DNA of 64,000 nucleotides from Oceanispirochaeta sp. (GCA_963666275.2 CAXXOA010000001.1:1952001-2016000), one strand, 5' to 3'. Positions 10,621-21,633 are shown, numbered from the stretch's first letter. Numbers and translations: made by a program. The notes: generated from the sequence alone by a model not told the origin.

Positions 10621-11400
10621 ATGGATTCTTTGAAAGAAAGCTTTGCCCAGCTCTATGAGGTTATAAAAAAATTACGTTCACCCGAAGGTTGCCCCTGGGA
10701 TCGTGAACAGACCCCTGAAACTCTTACAGGGGATTTTATTGAAGAAGTATATGAAGCGATTGATGCGATTCATGAGAATGACGATGACCATCTTAAAGAG
10801 GAACTGGGAGATGTCTTTCTTCTTGTTACCATGCTTGCCTATATCAAAGAACAGGAGAATAAATTTACTGTTTCACAGGTTCTGGACGGGATTTCAGAGA
10901 AGCTCATCCGCAGACACCCTCATGTTTTTGGAGATGCTCAGGCAGATGACAGTGAACAGGTTATTAAACAATGGGACCAGATTAAAGTTGAAGTTGAAGG
11001 GAGAAAGCCCAAAAAAAATCTGATGGATAAAATATCCAAAGGACTCCCCCCTCTGGAACGCTCCTACAAAATCCAGAAGAAAGCGGCAAAGGCCGGGTTT
11101 GACTGGCCAGATGTAGAATGCGTCTGGGATAAAGTGCATGAAGAAATAAATGAAGTTCGAGAGGTTCATCCTGAAAATAGAGCTCATCTGATTGAGGAGA
11201 TCGGTGATCTTCTCTTTTCTGTCGTCAATATAGCCAGATACCACAATGTAGATCCGGCGGAGGCGCTTCATCTCTGCAATGCAAAATTTATCAACAGATT
11301 CAATCATGTCGAATCAGAGATGAAGAAACAGGACCTCCCTATGGATAAGGAACATTTTGAAATTATGGATCAGCTCTGGGAAGAATCCAAATCCAGATAA
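10621..11400 (+). CDS. mazG: Nucleoside triphosphate pyrophosphohydrolase MazG
   Basis: LRSPEGCPWDREQT, EELGD, KLIRRHPHVF; second EEIGDLLF domain. Confidence 0.96.
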   Translation: MDSLKESFAQLYEVIKKLRSPEGCPWDREQTPETLTGDFIEEVYEAIDAIHENDDDHLKEELGDVFLLVTMLAYIKEQENKFTVSQVLDGISEKLIRRHPHVFGDAQADDSEQVIKQWDQIKVEVEGRKPKKNLMDKISKGLPPLERSYKIQKKAAKAGFDWPDVECVWDKVHEEINEVREVHPENRAHLIEEIGDLLFSVVNIARYHNVDPAEALHLCNAKFINRFNHVESEMKKQDLPMDKEHFEIMDQLWEESKSR

Positions 11401-13880
11401 TCAATAAAATTCTTTTTCCCATCCGAAGCCAGAAGCCGGACTCTTGTCACATCAAACAAACTATGAATATCTTCCTGAAAGACTTCTTTCAGGAATTTCA
11501 TGATATTATTCATCTTTTTGTTACGGAAAAGAGCTTTAGCATTAAGAGTTGTTCCCTCTGCATTAAAACTGTAATCCTCTTTCACATCCAGTTCTCCTGC
11601 TTTTTCTTCCAGCAGACCCGCAAGATCGGGATAGGACATTTTTAAAGCGGAAGTTTCCGTAAAAGTCAGGTTGTACTCAGATCCCGCATAAATTGACATG
11701 AGAGTCTTTTTCTTTTTGTGTTTATCCTGCTGAAGAGGAAATATTTTGATTTTTTCCACTTCAAATCCTTCAGGGAGATTTCTGTTCAGTTCAGAGATCA
11801 GTCCTGAGCTTTCCTGAGGAGGGACACATGTCAATTCTAGTCCCAGGATCTCCGCATTTCCAGTGATTCCCACAGATAAGGGATGGGCAAATTCCATTTT
11901 GGGCTTGGGATTAAATCCTTCAGTATATTTCAAAGGAATGGCTGCACACTGTAAAGCCCTTTCAAAAATATGGACTGTATCCAGATGCCCCAGAAAGATT
12001 CCTTTACCCGACTTTCTGAATGCGATGACGGCTTTCATCAGATCCTGTTTGTCACTGCTTTCAACGGGCAATTTTTCAGGTTCATCTTCTGAATGTGAAA
12101 AGTCAAAGACTTCCGGATACTTCACATCAAATTTACCGCCGCACACGCCGCAGGGACTTTCGCAGTCCTGATCACAGCTGACAGATCGTTCAGAAGCATC
12201 AGATTTCTCCTGTTCTTTCTTCAGATAGGCACTGCTGCCCCTAAGAGATATATCATCCCAGGGAAGAGACTCTTTCCTGTCCCGTTCCCGGCATGTTTCC
12301 TCTTCCACATTCCAGGAAGCTTCCTCGACTACCTTTTTCCAGATATTCCTGTCGTGATATTCATCCCAGGCATCAAATCGTGCGCCATACCGGTAGGCTT
12401 TTTCAAGCAGCTCCCCTGCTCTTTCATCACCCCGGCTTAGAATTCCTTCGATAAAAGAAGAATAGGGAGAATGGAATCCCACTTTAAAATTCCTGCCTCT
12501 CAAGCCGTCTTTGATGATTCTGATCTGCTGCATTCCTTCTTCATCATTGAACTGTTTCACCCGTTCATAAGGAGTATGGGGTTTGGGAATAAACACTCCC
12601 ACATTGACATTCATTTTTATACCGGTTTCCTGCTGAACTTCCTGAAGAAAATCGGAAATGGCTTCCCCTTCAGATTTTTCTCCGGTCTGTACAGGAAGAC
12701 CGACCATGAAGTAGAACTTTGCCAGCTTCCATCCTTTGCTCCTGGCCTCATTGAGCAGGGAAATGATTTTCGCCCGGGAAACATCTTTATTGATGGCAGC
12801 CTGTCCGGCTTCATCAGGGGTTTCCACAGCAAAAGTTAAACCGCTTTTTCTGACAGCGGAAATTTCTTTCAGAAGGTTGAGATTCAGGGAATTGACTCTG
12901 AGTGAAGGAAGCTGAAAAGAAATATGCCTCTCTCGATACTGTCTGTTAAGAGTTTCCACCAATGGTAGAAGACCGGCATAATCACCGGATGAGAGAGAAG
13001 AGAGTGTAATATTTCTGAAACCGCAATTTTCAACGAGATGTTTGACTTCATTGAGAACCACCGGCACATTTTTCTGCCTGAAAGGCCTGTAAAAGTAACC
13101 TGCGTGGCAGAAACGGCATCCGTTGGGACATCCCCGCATTATCTCCACAACACCATGATCCTGGACCGTTGTAAGTGATGCCAGAGGCATGTTGCTGTTG
13201 ATTTCTGATGTTATTCCGAAATCTCCGTAAATCGATCTGATTGTCTTTTCTTTTTTACCGGGATACCAGTAGGCGGGATCCTCTTTCAGAACAGACAGGA
13301 GAGCATCTCTTCCCCCGCCTTTTTTTCTGACTTCAACAAGTTTACGCCCGTAGTTTTCTATAAAGGGCTCCCCTTCTCCGATATATACCGCATCTATGAA
13401 AGAAGAAAAAGCGGCGGGATTGGTGGCTGCCGGACCTCCTGCAATGATCAGAGGATGGTCATTACTTCGGTCTTCTCTATGCAGAGGGATATGCCCTGAT
13501 TCCAGGATAGTAAGCATATTGGTCAGAGTCAGTTCATAGCCTATGGAAAAAGCCAGAATATCCAGTTCACAGAGAGGGATCCCGGATTCTAGAGTAAAAA
13601 GGGGAAGATTTCTATTTTTAAGAACATCTTCAAAATCCATGAAAGGAGCAAAAACTCTCTCACACTGGATCCCGGGAATCTGATTAAATCTATTGTAAAG
13701 GATTCTGACAGCCTGATTCGACATTCCGATTTCATACATATCAGGGAAGGAGATGCCGACTTTCAGAATTTCATCTTTCTCATATGTATAGGAACCGATC
13801 TCCCCTCCGGTATACCGGGCAGGTTTAGCAACCTGGAGCAGTTCTTTTTTAAGGTCTTTGCATACGTTAATTTTTGACAT
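11370..13880 (-). CDS. TIGR03960-type B12-binding radical SAM protein fused to a C-terminal TIGR03936/DUF2344 domain
   Basis: KPARYTGGE, FPDMYEIGMSN, RGCPNGCRFC (CxxxCxxC); C-terminal FLGHLD...YTEGFNPKPKMEFAHPLSVG. Confidence 0.9.
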   Translation of the reverse strand: MSKINVCKDLKKELLQVAKPARYTGGEIGSYTYEKDEILKVGISFPDMYEIGMSNQAVRILYNRFNQIPGIQCERVFAPFMDFEDVLKNRNLPLFTLESGIPLCELDILAFSIGYELTLTNMLTILESGHIPLHREDRSNDHPLIIAGGPAATNPAAFSSFIDAVYIGEGEPFIENYGRKLVEVRKKGGGRDALLSVLKEDPAYWYPGKKEKTIRSIYGDFGITSEINSNMPLASLTTVQDHGVVEIMRGCPNGCRFCHAGYFYRPFRQKNVPVVLNEVKHLVENCGFRNITLSSLSSGDYAGLLPLVETLNRQYRERHISFQLPSLRVNSLNLNLLKEISAVRKSGLTFAVETPDEAGQAAINKDVSRAKIISLLNEARSKGWKLAKFYFMVGLPVQTGEKSEGEAISDFLQEVQQETGIKMNVNVGVFIPKPHTPYERVKQFNDEEGMQQIRIIKDGLRGRNFKVGFHSPYSSFIEGILSRGDERAGELLEKAYRYGARFDAWDEYHDRNIWKKVVEEASWNVEEETCRERDRKESLPWDDISLRGSSAYLKKEQEKSDASERSVSCDQDCESPCGVCGGKFDVKYPEVFDFSHSEDEPEKLPVESSDKQDLMKAVIAFRKSGKGIFLGHLDTVHIFERALQCAAIPLKYTEGFNPKPKMEFAHPLSVGITGNAEILGLELTCVPPQESSGLISELNRNLPEGFEVEKIKIFPLQQDKHKKKKTLMSIYAGSEYNLTFTETSALKMSYPDLAGLLEEKAGELDVKEDYSFNAEGTTLNAKALFRNKKMNNIMKFLKEVFQEDIHSLFDVTRVRLLASDGKKNFIDYLDLDSSQS

Positions 13881-15209
13881 TTAATTTGTATTTTTGTATC
13901 GCCTGTGGTAAACGCTGAGCATCATTCCGATTCCCATTAAAGCTGTCCACAGAGACGATCCTCCATAGGATAAAAATAGTAAAGGTATACCGGTTATGGG
14001 CATTATTCCAATAGCCATCCCGATATTAATCATGAAGTGAAAGAATATCATACCTGACATTCCCGCAGCAATGAGGGAACCGAAGAGATCCCGTGATTTC
14101 AGAATAACATTCATGGATCTCCAGAATATGACAAGGAAAAGAAGAATGATAGCCAGATTTCCAAGGAAACCGATCTCTTCAGAAATAATAGAAAAAATAA
14201 AGTCCGTGCTCTGTTCCGGCAGGTATCTGTAATGGGATTGTGTTCCCTGGAGGAATCCTTTGCCGAAAACACCGCCTGATCCTACAGCTGTAACGGACTG
14301 AATGATATTCCAGCCCGCTCCTTTCGGATCAACCTGGGGATCAAGGAATACAATCAGCCTCATAACCTGATAATCTTTGAGAACCATCCTGGCAACAAAT
14401 GACATGACATAGGAAATACCCATGATTGTGAATGAGTAGAAAACCAGATAAAAATAGAATTTTCTTGTTATCAGATACCCCCAGATACCCAGTCCGATAA
14501 TAACAAGAAATCCCAGGGAGATAATTTTCATCAAACTGGTATCTGAAAAAAGAATCATACTGTTTATCTTATTTTGTGATATAAAAATAGCCCAGTAAGG
14601 CAAAACAGAAAAAACGATAGTAAGGACTCCCGTGAGCAGAATAAACAGGATATACCGCTTCCTGGCGCCCGCAATATAGGCCATCACAAGATAAACAGGA
14701 ATAAACACCATGGCGGTCCCAAGATCCGGCTGAAGCAGGATGAGCCCCATGGGAATAAGCGCAATAATGAGGGCTGTCATAAAAACCCAGATGCTTTCTA
14801 TTCTGTTCCGATTATTGCTCATATAGGAGCTGAGGAAGAGAATCGTCGTAACTTTTGATATTTCCGACGGCTGAATTCCCAGAGATCCTATTCCGAACCA
14901 GGATCGGGATCCATTGACAACCTGACCGAAAAGGAAAGTCATTATCAGCATAATGAGTGTAATGAGGTAAATCGGCAGGGAAAGAGCCCGGAGACGCTTA
15001 TAGTCCATAAAGGCAAATACAAGCATTATGACTGTACCGGAACAGACCCAGATGATCTGTTTGATATACTCATTGCTTACAATAATGCCATTGGAGTTCA
15101 CACCACTGGAATAGATAAAAAAGATTCCTATCACCATAAGGAATTCCACAGCCAGGAATATAAAGAAATCAAAGCCGAAAATAGAAGGAGTATTCAGTTT
15201 AATCTTCAT
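13881..15209 (-). CDS. rodA: Rod shape-determining SEDS protein RodA (start moved to ATG 15209, which has a GGAGG SD)
   Basis: SRSWF, IQPSEISK, QPDLGTA, LPEQSTDFIFS, GIPLLFLSYGGSSL; follows mrdA. Confidence 0.95.
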   Translation of the reverse strand: MKIKLNTPSIFGFDFFIFLAVEFLMVIGIFFIYSSGVNSNGIIVSNEYIKQIIWVCSGTVIMLVFAFMDYKRLRALSLPIYLITLIMLIMTFLFGQVVNGSRSWFGIGSLGIQPSEISKVTTILFLSSYMSNNRNRIESIWVFMTALIIALIPMGLILLQPDLGTAMVFIPVYLVMAYIAGARKRYILFILLTGVLTIVFSVLPYWAIFISQNKINSMILFSDTSLMKIISLGFLVIIGLGIWGYLITRKFYFYLVFYSFTIMGISYVMSFVARMVLKDYQVMRLIVFLDPQVDPKGAGWNIIQSVTAVGSGGVFGKGFLQGTQSHYRYLPEQSTDFIFSIISEEIGFLGNLAIILLFLVIFWRSMNVILKSRDLFGSLIAAGMSGMIFFHFMINIGMAIGIMPITGIPLLFLSYGGSSLWTALMGIGMMLSVYHRRYKNTN

Positions 15210-17076
15210 GATTTTCCTCCTCCAGAGGGATATCCCAGGCATACCATACCCTTCGATCCTTCATATCTTTTATGACTTCTTCGTATGTCATATTCCCGTA
15301 AATACCCTCGTAGATAATATCCGCAGCCTTGGGCGCCCACCAGTCCCAGTCATTGGAGGCTTCCACCATGGTGACAACAACATATTTATCGCCCTGATTA
15401 TCCTCAGTCCATGGGCCGTAGGAAGCAAACCAGGAGTGCCAGTGCTCATCGCTGCCGACCTCCCCTGTTCCGGTTTTTCCCGCGATCTGGACCTGATCAT
15501 TCAAAATAACCACATTGGCAGTTCCTTCTGTAATAACGGAACGGAGATTCGTCCTGAGAGTGGCGAAATTTTCCTTATCCATATTTATGGTTCTCAGAAC
15601 TTCGGGAGTGATATTCTCTACCACGCTGCTGTTGGTGGGATTGATAACGGATTTAAGGATATGAGGTTTGTAAATCTCCCCATCATTGATGATCCCTGCA
15701 ATCATATTCGCCATCTGTAATGGGGTGACAGTAACAAATCCCTGACCGATCGAGGCGTTGAGTGTATCCCCTCCGGTCCAGTGACTGTTGTAAGTCTGCA
15801 TTTTCCATGCCGGGGAAGGTACATTCCCGGGAACTTCTCCCTGAAGATCAATATTGCTCAGGCTGCCGAAACCGAATGCCCGGGCATACTCCGCTATCGT
15901 TTCGATTCCCAGAGCTTCAACACCGACCGTACCGAAATAGATATTACAGGATTCCGCCAGGGCTTCCTGCAGATTCAGCTTACCGTGTCCTGTTTTTTTA
16001 TGACAGTAGAAAGTCCTGTTCCCCAGTTCCATGCTGCCTGTGCAGTTGACAACATAATTGGGATCAACGGCATGTTCCTGAAGAATTGCTGCGGTCAAAA
16101 GGATTTTAAATGTAGAAGCCGGGGCGTAGGATGACTGTATGGCTCTGTTGAGAAAGGGAAAGTCAGGATTCAGAGAGAGTGTACCGAAATTCTGGGATCC
16201 CGGCATATTGAACATATTAGGATTGAACCCCGGATAGGAGACAAGTGCCGCGATCTCTCCATTTGCCGGATTTAAAACGACAACAGATCCCTTTCTGGGT
16301 CCCAGAGCTTTTTCAGCCAGGTCCTGTATATGCCTGTCAATGGTAAGGACCAGATCATAGCCGTTCTTCGGCGGCTGTATATTTTCATCTCCAGAAAGGC
16401 GTCTTCCCCGGGCATCAACAGTATTGAAGATTCTTCCGTTTTCCCCTCTCAGGATATGATCATACTGCTTTTCAATCCCGTTTTTACCCAGAACCGCACC
16501 TGATGAGTAGCCCTGATTATAGAGGATCTGAAGTTCTTCATTTGTGATATTGCCTACATAGCCCAGGATATGGGAGATAGAACCTGTGTAATTATAAAAC
16601 CTGTTAGGTTTGCTGCTCCAGGAGATTCCTTTAAAATGATCGATATTCTCTGCGATGCGGACAACTTTCTCATAGGAAACACCATCCGCAATTTCCACAG
16701 GGATATAGGAGGAGACTGAATTCCCCGGAAATCTGTTCAGGAGATCCTCTTCACTCATTTCCAGAATCCCTGCCAGGCGGCTGATCATGAGATCCCAGTT
16801 TTCAGGCTGTCCGTCTGCGGAGGTATAATTGATGGCAAAAGAGTCAATATTCATTGCAAGAGGAACATCCTGATAGCGGTCATAGATCCGACCCCTCTGT
16901 GCAGGTATGATCTTAGAACGCTGAGAAACCTCCCGGGCCCTCCGCTCGTAGATCAGATTATCCACTATCTGCATATTAAAGAGTTGATAAATATAGATAA
17001 GTACAATGACAAGAAAGATTCCGCCCAGAAAATACACTCTATGTGCATTCACTTTGGAATGACCGGGAACAGACAT
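15199..17076 (-). CDS. mrdA: Penicillin-binding protein 2
   Basis: RGRIYDR; STFK, SCN and KTGT transpeptidase motifs; in mre operon. Confidence 0.95.
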   Translation of the reverse strand: MSVPGHSKVNAHRVYFLGGIFLVIVLIYIYQLFNMQIVDNLIYERRAREVSQRSKIIPAQRGRIYDRYQDVPLAMNIDSFAINYTSADGQPENWDLMISRLAGILEMSEEDLLNRFPGNSVSSYIPVEIADGVSYEKVVRIAENIDHFKGISWSSKPNRFYNYTGSISHILGYVGNITNEELQILYNQGYSSGAVLGKNGIEKQYDHILRGENGRIFNTVDARGRRLSGDENIQPPKNGYDLVLTIDRHIQDLAEKALGPRKGSVVVLNPANGEIAALVSYPGFNPNMFNMPGSQNFGTLSLNPDFPFLNRAIQSSYAPASTFKILLTAAILQEHAVDPNYVVNCTGSMELGNRTFYCHKKTGHGKLNLQEALAESCNIYFGTVGVEALGIETIAEYARAFGFGSLSNIDLQGEVPGNVPSPAWKMQTYNSHWTGGDTLNASIGQGFVTVTPLQMANMIAGIINDGEIYKPHILKSVINPTNSSVVENITPEVLRTINMDKENFATLRTNLRSVITEGTANVVILNDQVQIAGKTGTGEVGSDEHWHSWFASYGPWTEDNQGDKYVVVTMVEASNDWDWWAPKAADIIYEGIYGNMTYEEVIKDMKDRRVWYAWDIPLEEENHED

Positions 17077-17078
17077 AC

Positions 17079-17579
17079 TTACAGAGCTTTCCTTTCCGGC
17101 AGTACCCTATCCAGCAGTAATCGCAGCAGCTGAAATAAAATGGGAGCCAGCAGGGCATTGATTATCAGTTCCAGAAAGAACAACCGGGAAAAAACAGTGG
17201 AACCGGAGATCGCAATATTAAAAACATCTATGATCAGGAATGAAAGGATACCCTTGAAGAATGTGACAATGACGAGAGTGACAAAAGGGAACAGAATCGG
17301 ATCCATTACAAATCGATCATGAAACAATCCTGATACAAAACCTATGATGGTTTTGATAAAGGCATTGAAACCCAGGGGAGATAGACTTAAAAAATCCTCA
17401 AAGAGCCCCGCGGTGAAGCCGCTGAACTGTCCTGCACTGCTTCCATATCGGAATGAAAAGAATACAAGCATAATAAGGGAAAAATCAGGAGAAATACTAA
17501 AACCGAGATAATGAAATATTGTTGTCCTCAGAAGGATTCCCAGAAACAGCAGAAGAATCAGAATCACCTGTTTTTTCAT
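17079..17579 (-). CDS. mreD: Rod shape-determining protein MreD
   Basis: Polytopic protein with PDFSLI and GLFEDFLS; lies between mreC and mrdA. Confidence 0.92.
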   Translation of the reverse strand: MKKQVILILLLFLGILLRTTIFHYLGFSISPDFSLIMLVFFSFRYGSSAGQFSGFTAGLFEDFLSLSPLGFNAFIKTIIGFVSGLFHDRFVMDPILFPFVTLVIVTFFKGILSFLIIDVFNIAISGSTVFSRLFFLELIINALLAPILFQLLRLLLDRVLPERKAL

Positions 17580-18430
17580 TGAGTGATATCTCCTTCCTCG
17601 CCGGTAAGAACAAAAACATATTCCAGTGTGGAAAAATCTATAACCGGGCGGACTTCAATTTCCAGGGAAGTATTGTACTCTCTGGAAGTTATGCTCTGAA
17701 CTTTACCGATATAGATACCCCGGGGATAGATTGACTGCATTCCGGAAGTAATAATCAGGTCATCATTGCTGATCTGATAAGTGGCTGTTTTTTTGACATA
17801 ATTCATTATAAGCAGATTCTCATTGCTCCCGGTACCATTTATCAATCCCTCAAAACGGGTATCCTGAAAACGGGCCGCTACATAGCTGGAGCTGTCGTAA
17901 ATGGGAGAAACAATGGAAGAACCGAATCCGGCTTCTACCACTTTCCCGACCAGACCGATGATGCCGTTCTGATAGGCTGTCAGCGGCATCCCCTCTCTCA
18001 CACCGTGCCGACGGCCCTTATTGATCATAAATGAGGAATAGAGGTTAACAGGGTCCTTCGCAATGATCTCTGCAGCTACATGGGAAATTTCGAGATCCTG
18101 ATCAAAATCAAGCTGTTTTTTGAGCAGCTGGTTCTCCCTCCGGATCTCTGTGATATTCTTATCCATTGTTTCATATTCATTCAGTTTCTGGAGAGTTTTG
18201 TCATACTCGTCTTTCAGGTTCTTCAGCTCATTAATGGAGTTAACTGTATTGGAAAACCAGGAGACCGATTCGAAAACAGCCTTCTGAAATCCTGAAAGAA
18301 CACTCATACCCACCATCTTCGGATTAGACAGCCGGGCATTCGTTGAGAATACAAGCATAGTGAGACTGATAAAGAGTAAAAGTATAAATGTAGGGGTTCT
18401 ACGGTTTTTGCTGTCCTGCACCAGACGCAT
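17576..18430 (-). CDS. mreC: Rod shape-determining protein MreC
   Basis: TM, coiled coil, INKGRRHGV, GLVGKV, TSGMQSIYPRGIYIG. Confidence 0.95.
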   Translation of the reverse strand: MRLVQDSKNRRTPTFILLLFISLTMLVFSTNARLSNPKMVGMSVLSGFQKAVFESVSWFSNTVNSINELKNLKDEYDKTLQKLNEYETMDKNITEIRRENQLLKKQLDFDQDLEISHVAAEIIAKDPVNLYSSFMINKGRRHGVREGMPLTAYQNGIIGLVGKVVEAGFGSSIVSPIYDSSSYVAARFQDTRFEGLINGTGSNENLLIMNYVKKTATYQISNDDLIITSGMQSIYPRGIYIGKVQSITSREYNTSLEIEVRPVIDFSTLEYVFVLTGEEGDITQ

Positions 18431-18444
18431 ACCTCATTACCGGA

Positions 18445-19491
18445 TTATGAGTTCAGATTGTCATAGATACTACGACTGCTGTTTGCACCCTTTTCATACT
18501 CAAAATACATACCCGCACCGAGAGCAACACAGAGCAGTGGATTTTCAGCCAGAATGACAGGAACACCGGTTTCTTTGGAAAGAAGCTTGGGAAGTCCCTT
18601 GAGGGCAGAACCGCCACCGGTCATGACAATACCTCTTTCAACAATATCAGCCGCCAACTCAGGGGGAGTCTGCCCCAGAGTTCTTTTGACTTCTTCTACA
18701 ATGGCATTGATGGGTTCCTGTAAGGCCTCCCGGACTTCTACAGAATCGATTTCCAGGCGCCTGGGCAGACCGGTAATGGCATCGGTTCCCTTGATTTCCA
18801 TTTTTTCAATTTTATTATCAGGAGCCGCATTTCCGATATTGATTTTCAGACGTTCCGCCGTCTGTTCTCCAATAATAAGATTATGGACACTTCTGACATG
18901 TTTGATGATTGCTACGTCAAAACCGTCGCCGGCAAGACGAATCGCATTGGTTACAACCATCCCCCCCAGAGAAATGACTGATATCTCTGTGGTACCGCCT
19001 CCGATATCACAGACCATATGCCCCGCAGGCTCAAAAATGGGGATATCCGCTCCGATTGCCGCAGCAAGTGATTCTTCGATGATTTTAACTTCCCTGGCTC
19101 CCGCTTTGAAAGCACTCTCTTCCACGGCTCTTCTTTCAACTTCTGTTATACAGGAAGGGACACCAATAACCATTCTGGGTTTTACAATCCAGCGTTTGGG
19201 CAGTACTTTGGCAATAAAATAACGGATCATTTTTTCCGTTGTTTCAAGATCTGCGATAACACCATCGCGCAAAGGTCGGATGGCAATGATATCCCCGGGA
19301 GTTTTCCAGAGCATTCTTTTCGCTTCACTTCCAACTGCGACTACTTTTTTTGTTCCTCTTTCAACAGCAACTACAGAGGGCTCACTGCTGACGATGCCTT
19401 TACCTCTGACATAAATGAGAGTGTTACAAGTTCCAAGATCTATACCTATATCAGTCGAAAAACCACCGAAAATTTTATTAGAGCGAGCCAT
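18445..19491 (-). CDS. mreB: Actin-like rod shape protein MreB
   Basis: [31 protein letters not shown]. Confidence 0.98.
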   Translation of the reverse strand: MARSNKIFGGFSTDIGIDLGTCNTLIYVRGKGIVSSEPSVVAVERGTKKVVAVGSEAKRMLWKTPGDIIAIRPLRDGVIADLETTEKMIRYFIAKVLPKRWIVKPRMVIGVPSCITEVERRAVEESAFKAGAREVKIIEESLAAAIGADIPIFEPAGHMVCDIGGGTTEISVISLGGMVVTNAIRLAGDGFDVAIIKHVRSVHNLIIGEQTAERLKINIGNAAPDNKIEKMEIKGTDAITGLPRRLEIDSVEVREALQEPINAIVEEVKRTLGQTPPELAADIVERGIVMTGGGSALKGLPKLLSKETGVPVILAENPLLCVALGAGMYFEYEKGANSSRSIYDNLNS

Positions 19492-19522
19492 ATTTCCTCC
19501 AAAGTATCCTTATCAATATTTA

Positions 19523-20446
19523 TTAGTTATAAAGTCGCAATCTGGCATTTCTATGTTCCGGATCAATCCGTAATGTTCTATGCCACTCCCTGCGTGCTTC
19601 AGTCATATCATTCAAATAAAAGTACGTTTCACCCAGCATAAAATGCGATTCAGCCACTCCTGGATCAATGGCATTCAGCTTTTGAAACGTTTCTTCCGCC
19701 ATTTTGAAATTTTCTATATCATAATAGAGTTTTCCAAGTTGAAAAAGCCCCTTTTTTTTCAAAGACTCATCATTTGTACGCTTTAACAACTCATTATAAT
19801 AAACAGCTGACTTATTATACTCTCCGAAGTTGAAACAGTCTTCTGCAATTTTCAAATATAATCTGTCAGAATTATTGTTATTGAGTGCTTTTTCATAATA
19901 CTCAATGCTTTTTTCAAAATTGCCAAGAATGGAATAGGCTTCACCCATAAATTCAAATGTATCGCTATTTTCGTATCCCGCATCCCTGGCTTTCTGAAAA
20001 TATTCCAGAGCGGTATTGGCATAATATCTTCCTTTCATAAGATAGGATTTACCCAGAACATAGTAGACTATTTCAATTTTGGGGGCATCCGGCCTGATAA
20101 GGAGTTTCCGGAGCGAAACAATGGCATTATTCAGATACAGAGATTCATCTTCTGCTGAGATCTGGGACACAGCCGTATAATAGGAAGCGAGACCTCTGAA
20201 AAAAAGGCTGTGCGCATCCATGGGATTCTGTTCCAGATTGCTGTCTGTTATATTCAGGACGGAAAGATAGTCTCCCTTCTGCCAGAGAGATCTCAAACTC
20301 TGGGTGGAGGGCTGAGAATTTATTCTGCTTGAAAAATAGGAAGCCCCTCTGATGATACCGAAAAGGGCAATGGTAATACTCAAGAGTAAAAAAATTACAA
20401 GAAACAATAAAATGGACCGGTTATTCCGCTCTTTATGTTTCAACAA
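19523..20446 (-). CDS. Membrane-anchored TPR protein upstream of mreB
   Basis: N-terminal TM plus multiple TPR helices; TTG start with AGGGG SD. Confidence 0.8.
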   Translation of the reverse strand: MLKHKERNNRSILLFLVIFLLLSITIALFGIIRGASYFSSRINSQPSTQSLRSLWQKGDYLSVLNITDSNLEQNPMDAHSLFFRGLASYYTAVSQISAEDESLYLNNAIVSLRKLLIRPDAPKIEIVYYVLGKSYLMKGRYYANTALEYFQKARDAGYENSDTFEFMGEAYSILGNFEKSIEYYEKALNNNNSDRLYLKIAEDCFNFGEYNKSAVYYNELLKRTNDESLKKKGLFQLGKLYYDIENFKMAEETFQKLNAIDPGVAESHFMLGETYFYLNDMTEARREWHRTLRIDPEHRNARLRLYN

Positions 20447-20469
20447 AGACCCCTTTAAAAATAAAAAAA

Positions 20470-20806
20470 AACAGGCCTGTAAGCCGGGTTCTGTCTAAGG
20501 ACTGCCATCTATCTGATCCGAATGTTACCAAACGGCTTTAGCAATCTACCCGCAGACAATAGACGAGAAATCCTGTCTGCTGCTTGATCTTGCTCCTGAT
20601 GAGGTTTATCGTGCCCTCTTCCGTTACCGGATGAGGCGGTGGGCTCTTACCCCGCCTTTTCACCCTTACCCGCAGGCGGTATATTTTCTGTGACACTGTC
20701 TGTCATTCCCGAAAAGGGAATGCCCGGGAGTTACCCGGCATCATTCTCTATGGAGCCCGGACTTTCCTCTACCGGCAATACACCGGCAGCGGCAATCTGG
20801 CCTGTT
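20470..20806 (-). ncRNA. rnpB: RNase P RNA (bacterial type A)
   Basis: Minus strand reads AACAGGCC...GAGGAAAGTCCGGGCTCC...ACAGAACCCGGCTTACAGGCCTGTT: universal P4 motifs, complementary P1 ends, then a U-tract. Confidence 0.96.
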
Positions 20807-20822
20807 AAATTTCTAAATACAA

Positions 20823-21617
20823 TTAATCCAGATCAAAGTCATCGACAAGATCTGAAAGCCCGCCGACTTCTGCAGTCATATAGGCTGATGAAGTATCAAC
20901 TTCGGACCCTTCTGACTCCTGATAAAACAGAATACGGCTGCAGTAGGGACAGAAAAGAATATCTTCTCCGGCTCTTACATCATTTACATACTGCTTGGGA
21001 AGGATCATATGACACCCGTTACATGTTCCGTTCAGAACAGGAACAATACCCAGACCGGATTTATTCCTGATAATCCTTTCAAACTTGAAAAGGATCTCCT
21101 CATCCATACCCGGAATGACATCGGCTTCTTCCGATTCCAGTTTTTTAAGAAGATCTTCTTTACTGAGCTTTTCGGCATCATTTTTTTCCTGTTCAACCTT
21201 AAGCTCCTCTTCCTGCTGAGAGATCATCTGTTCCTCTCTTTGAAGATTATTGAGCATATCTTCCAGCGCCCGCTCTTCCCGCTGTATATCGCGACGGAGC
21301 TTCTGTTCTTTCTCTGTGGCATCTTTGATCTCTTTCTCCAGAGCTTCGTATTCTCTCTGGGTAGAAATAACATCCATGCGTTTCTCAAACTCTTCTCTCT
21401 GCCTTTCAGCTTCACCCATTTCATGTTTGAGAGTTTTTATCTTGTCTTTGGTATTCTCATACTGCTCATTCTTTTCGATATAGGACTTCTTCAGTCTATT
21501 GAGAAGTTCAGTTTTGGTAGCAAGATTCTTGGGGATTCCCTCAATCTCTTTTTCAATTTCAAACTTCTGAGACAGAATCTCCTGCAATTTCTGTAATTTA
21601 TCAAATGTTCCCTGCAT
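20823..21617 (-). CDS. Coiled-coil C4-type zinc-ribbon protein (DUF164 family)
   Basis: Long coiled coil ending CNGCHM...CPYCSRILF. Confidence 0.88.
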   Translation of the reverse strand: MQGTFDKLQKLQEILSQKFEIEKEIEGIPKNLATKTELLNRLKKSYIEKNEQYENTKDKIKTLKHEMGEAERQREEFEKRMDVISTQREYEALEKEIKDATEKEQKLRRDIQREERALEDMLNNLQREEQMISQQEEELKVEQEKNDAEKLSKEDLLKKLESEEADVIPGMDEEILFKFERIIRNKSGLGIVPVLNGTCNGCHMILPKQYVNDVRAGEDILFCPYCSRILFYQESEGSEVDTSSAYMTAEVGGLSDLVDDFDLD

Positions 21618-21633
21618 ATGGTTATACCTCTTA

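Noticed and set aside
18554..19222. Long antisense ORFs opposite conserved genes (mreB, rpsA, map-like and others)
   Set aside because: Typical codon-bias shadows with no SD or family motifs
20639..21070. 143-aa plus-strand ORF
   Set aside because: Antisense to RNase P RNA and the zinc-ribbon gene; no protein motifs
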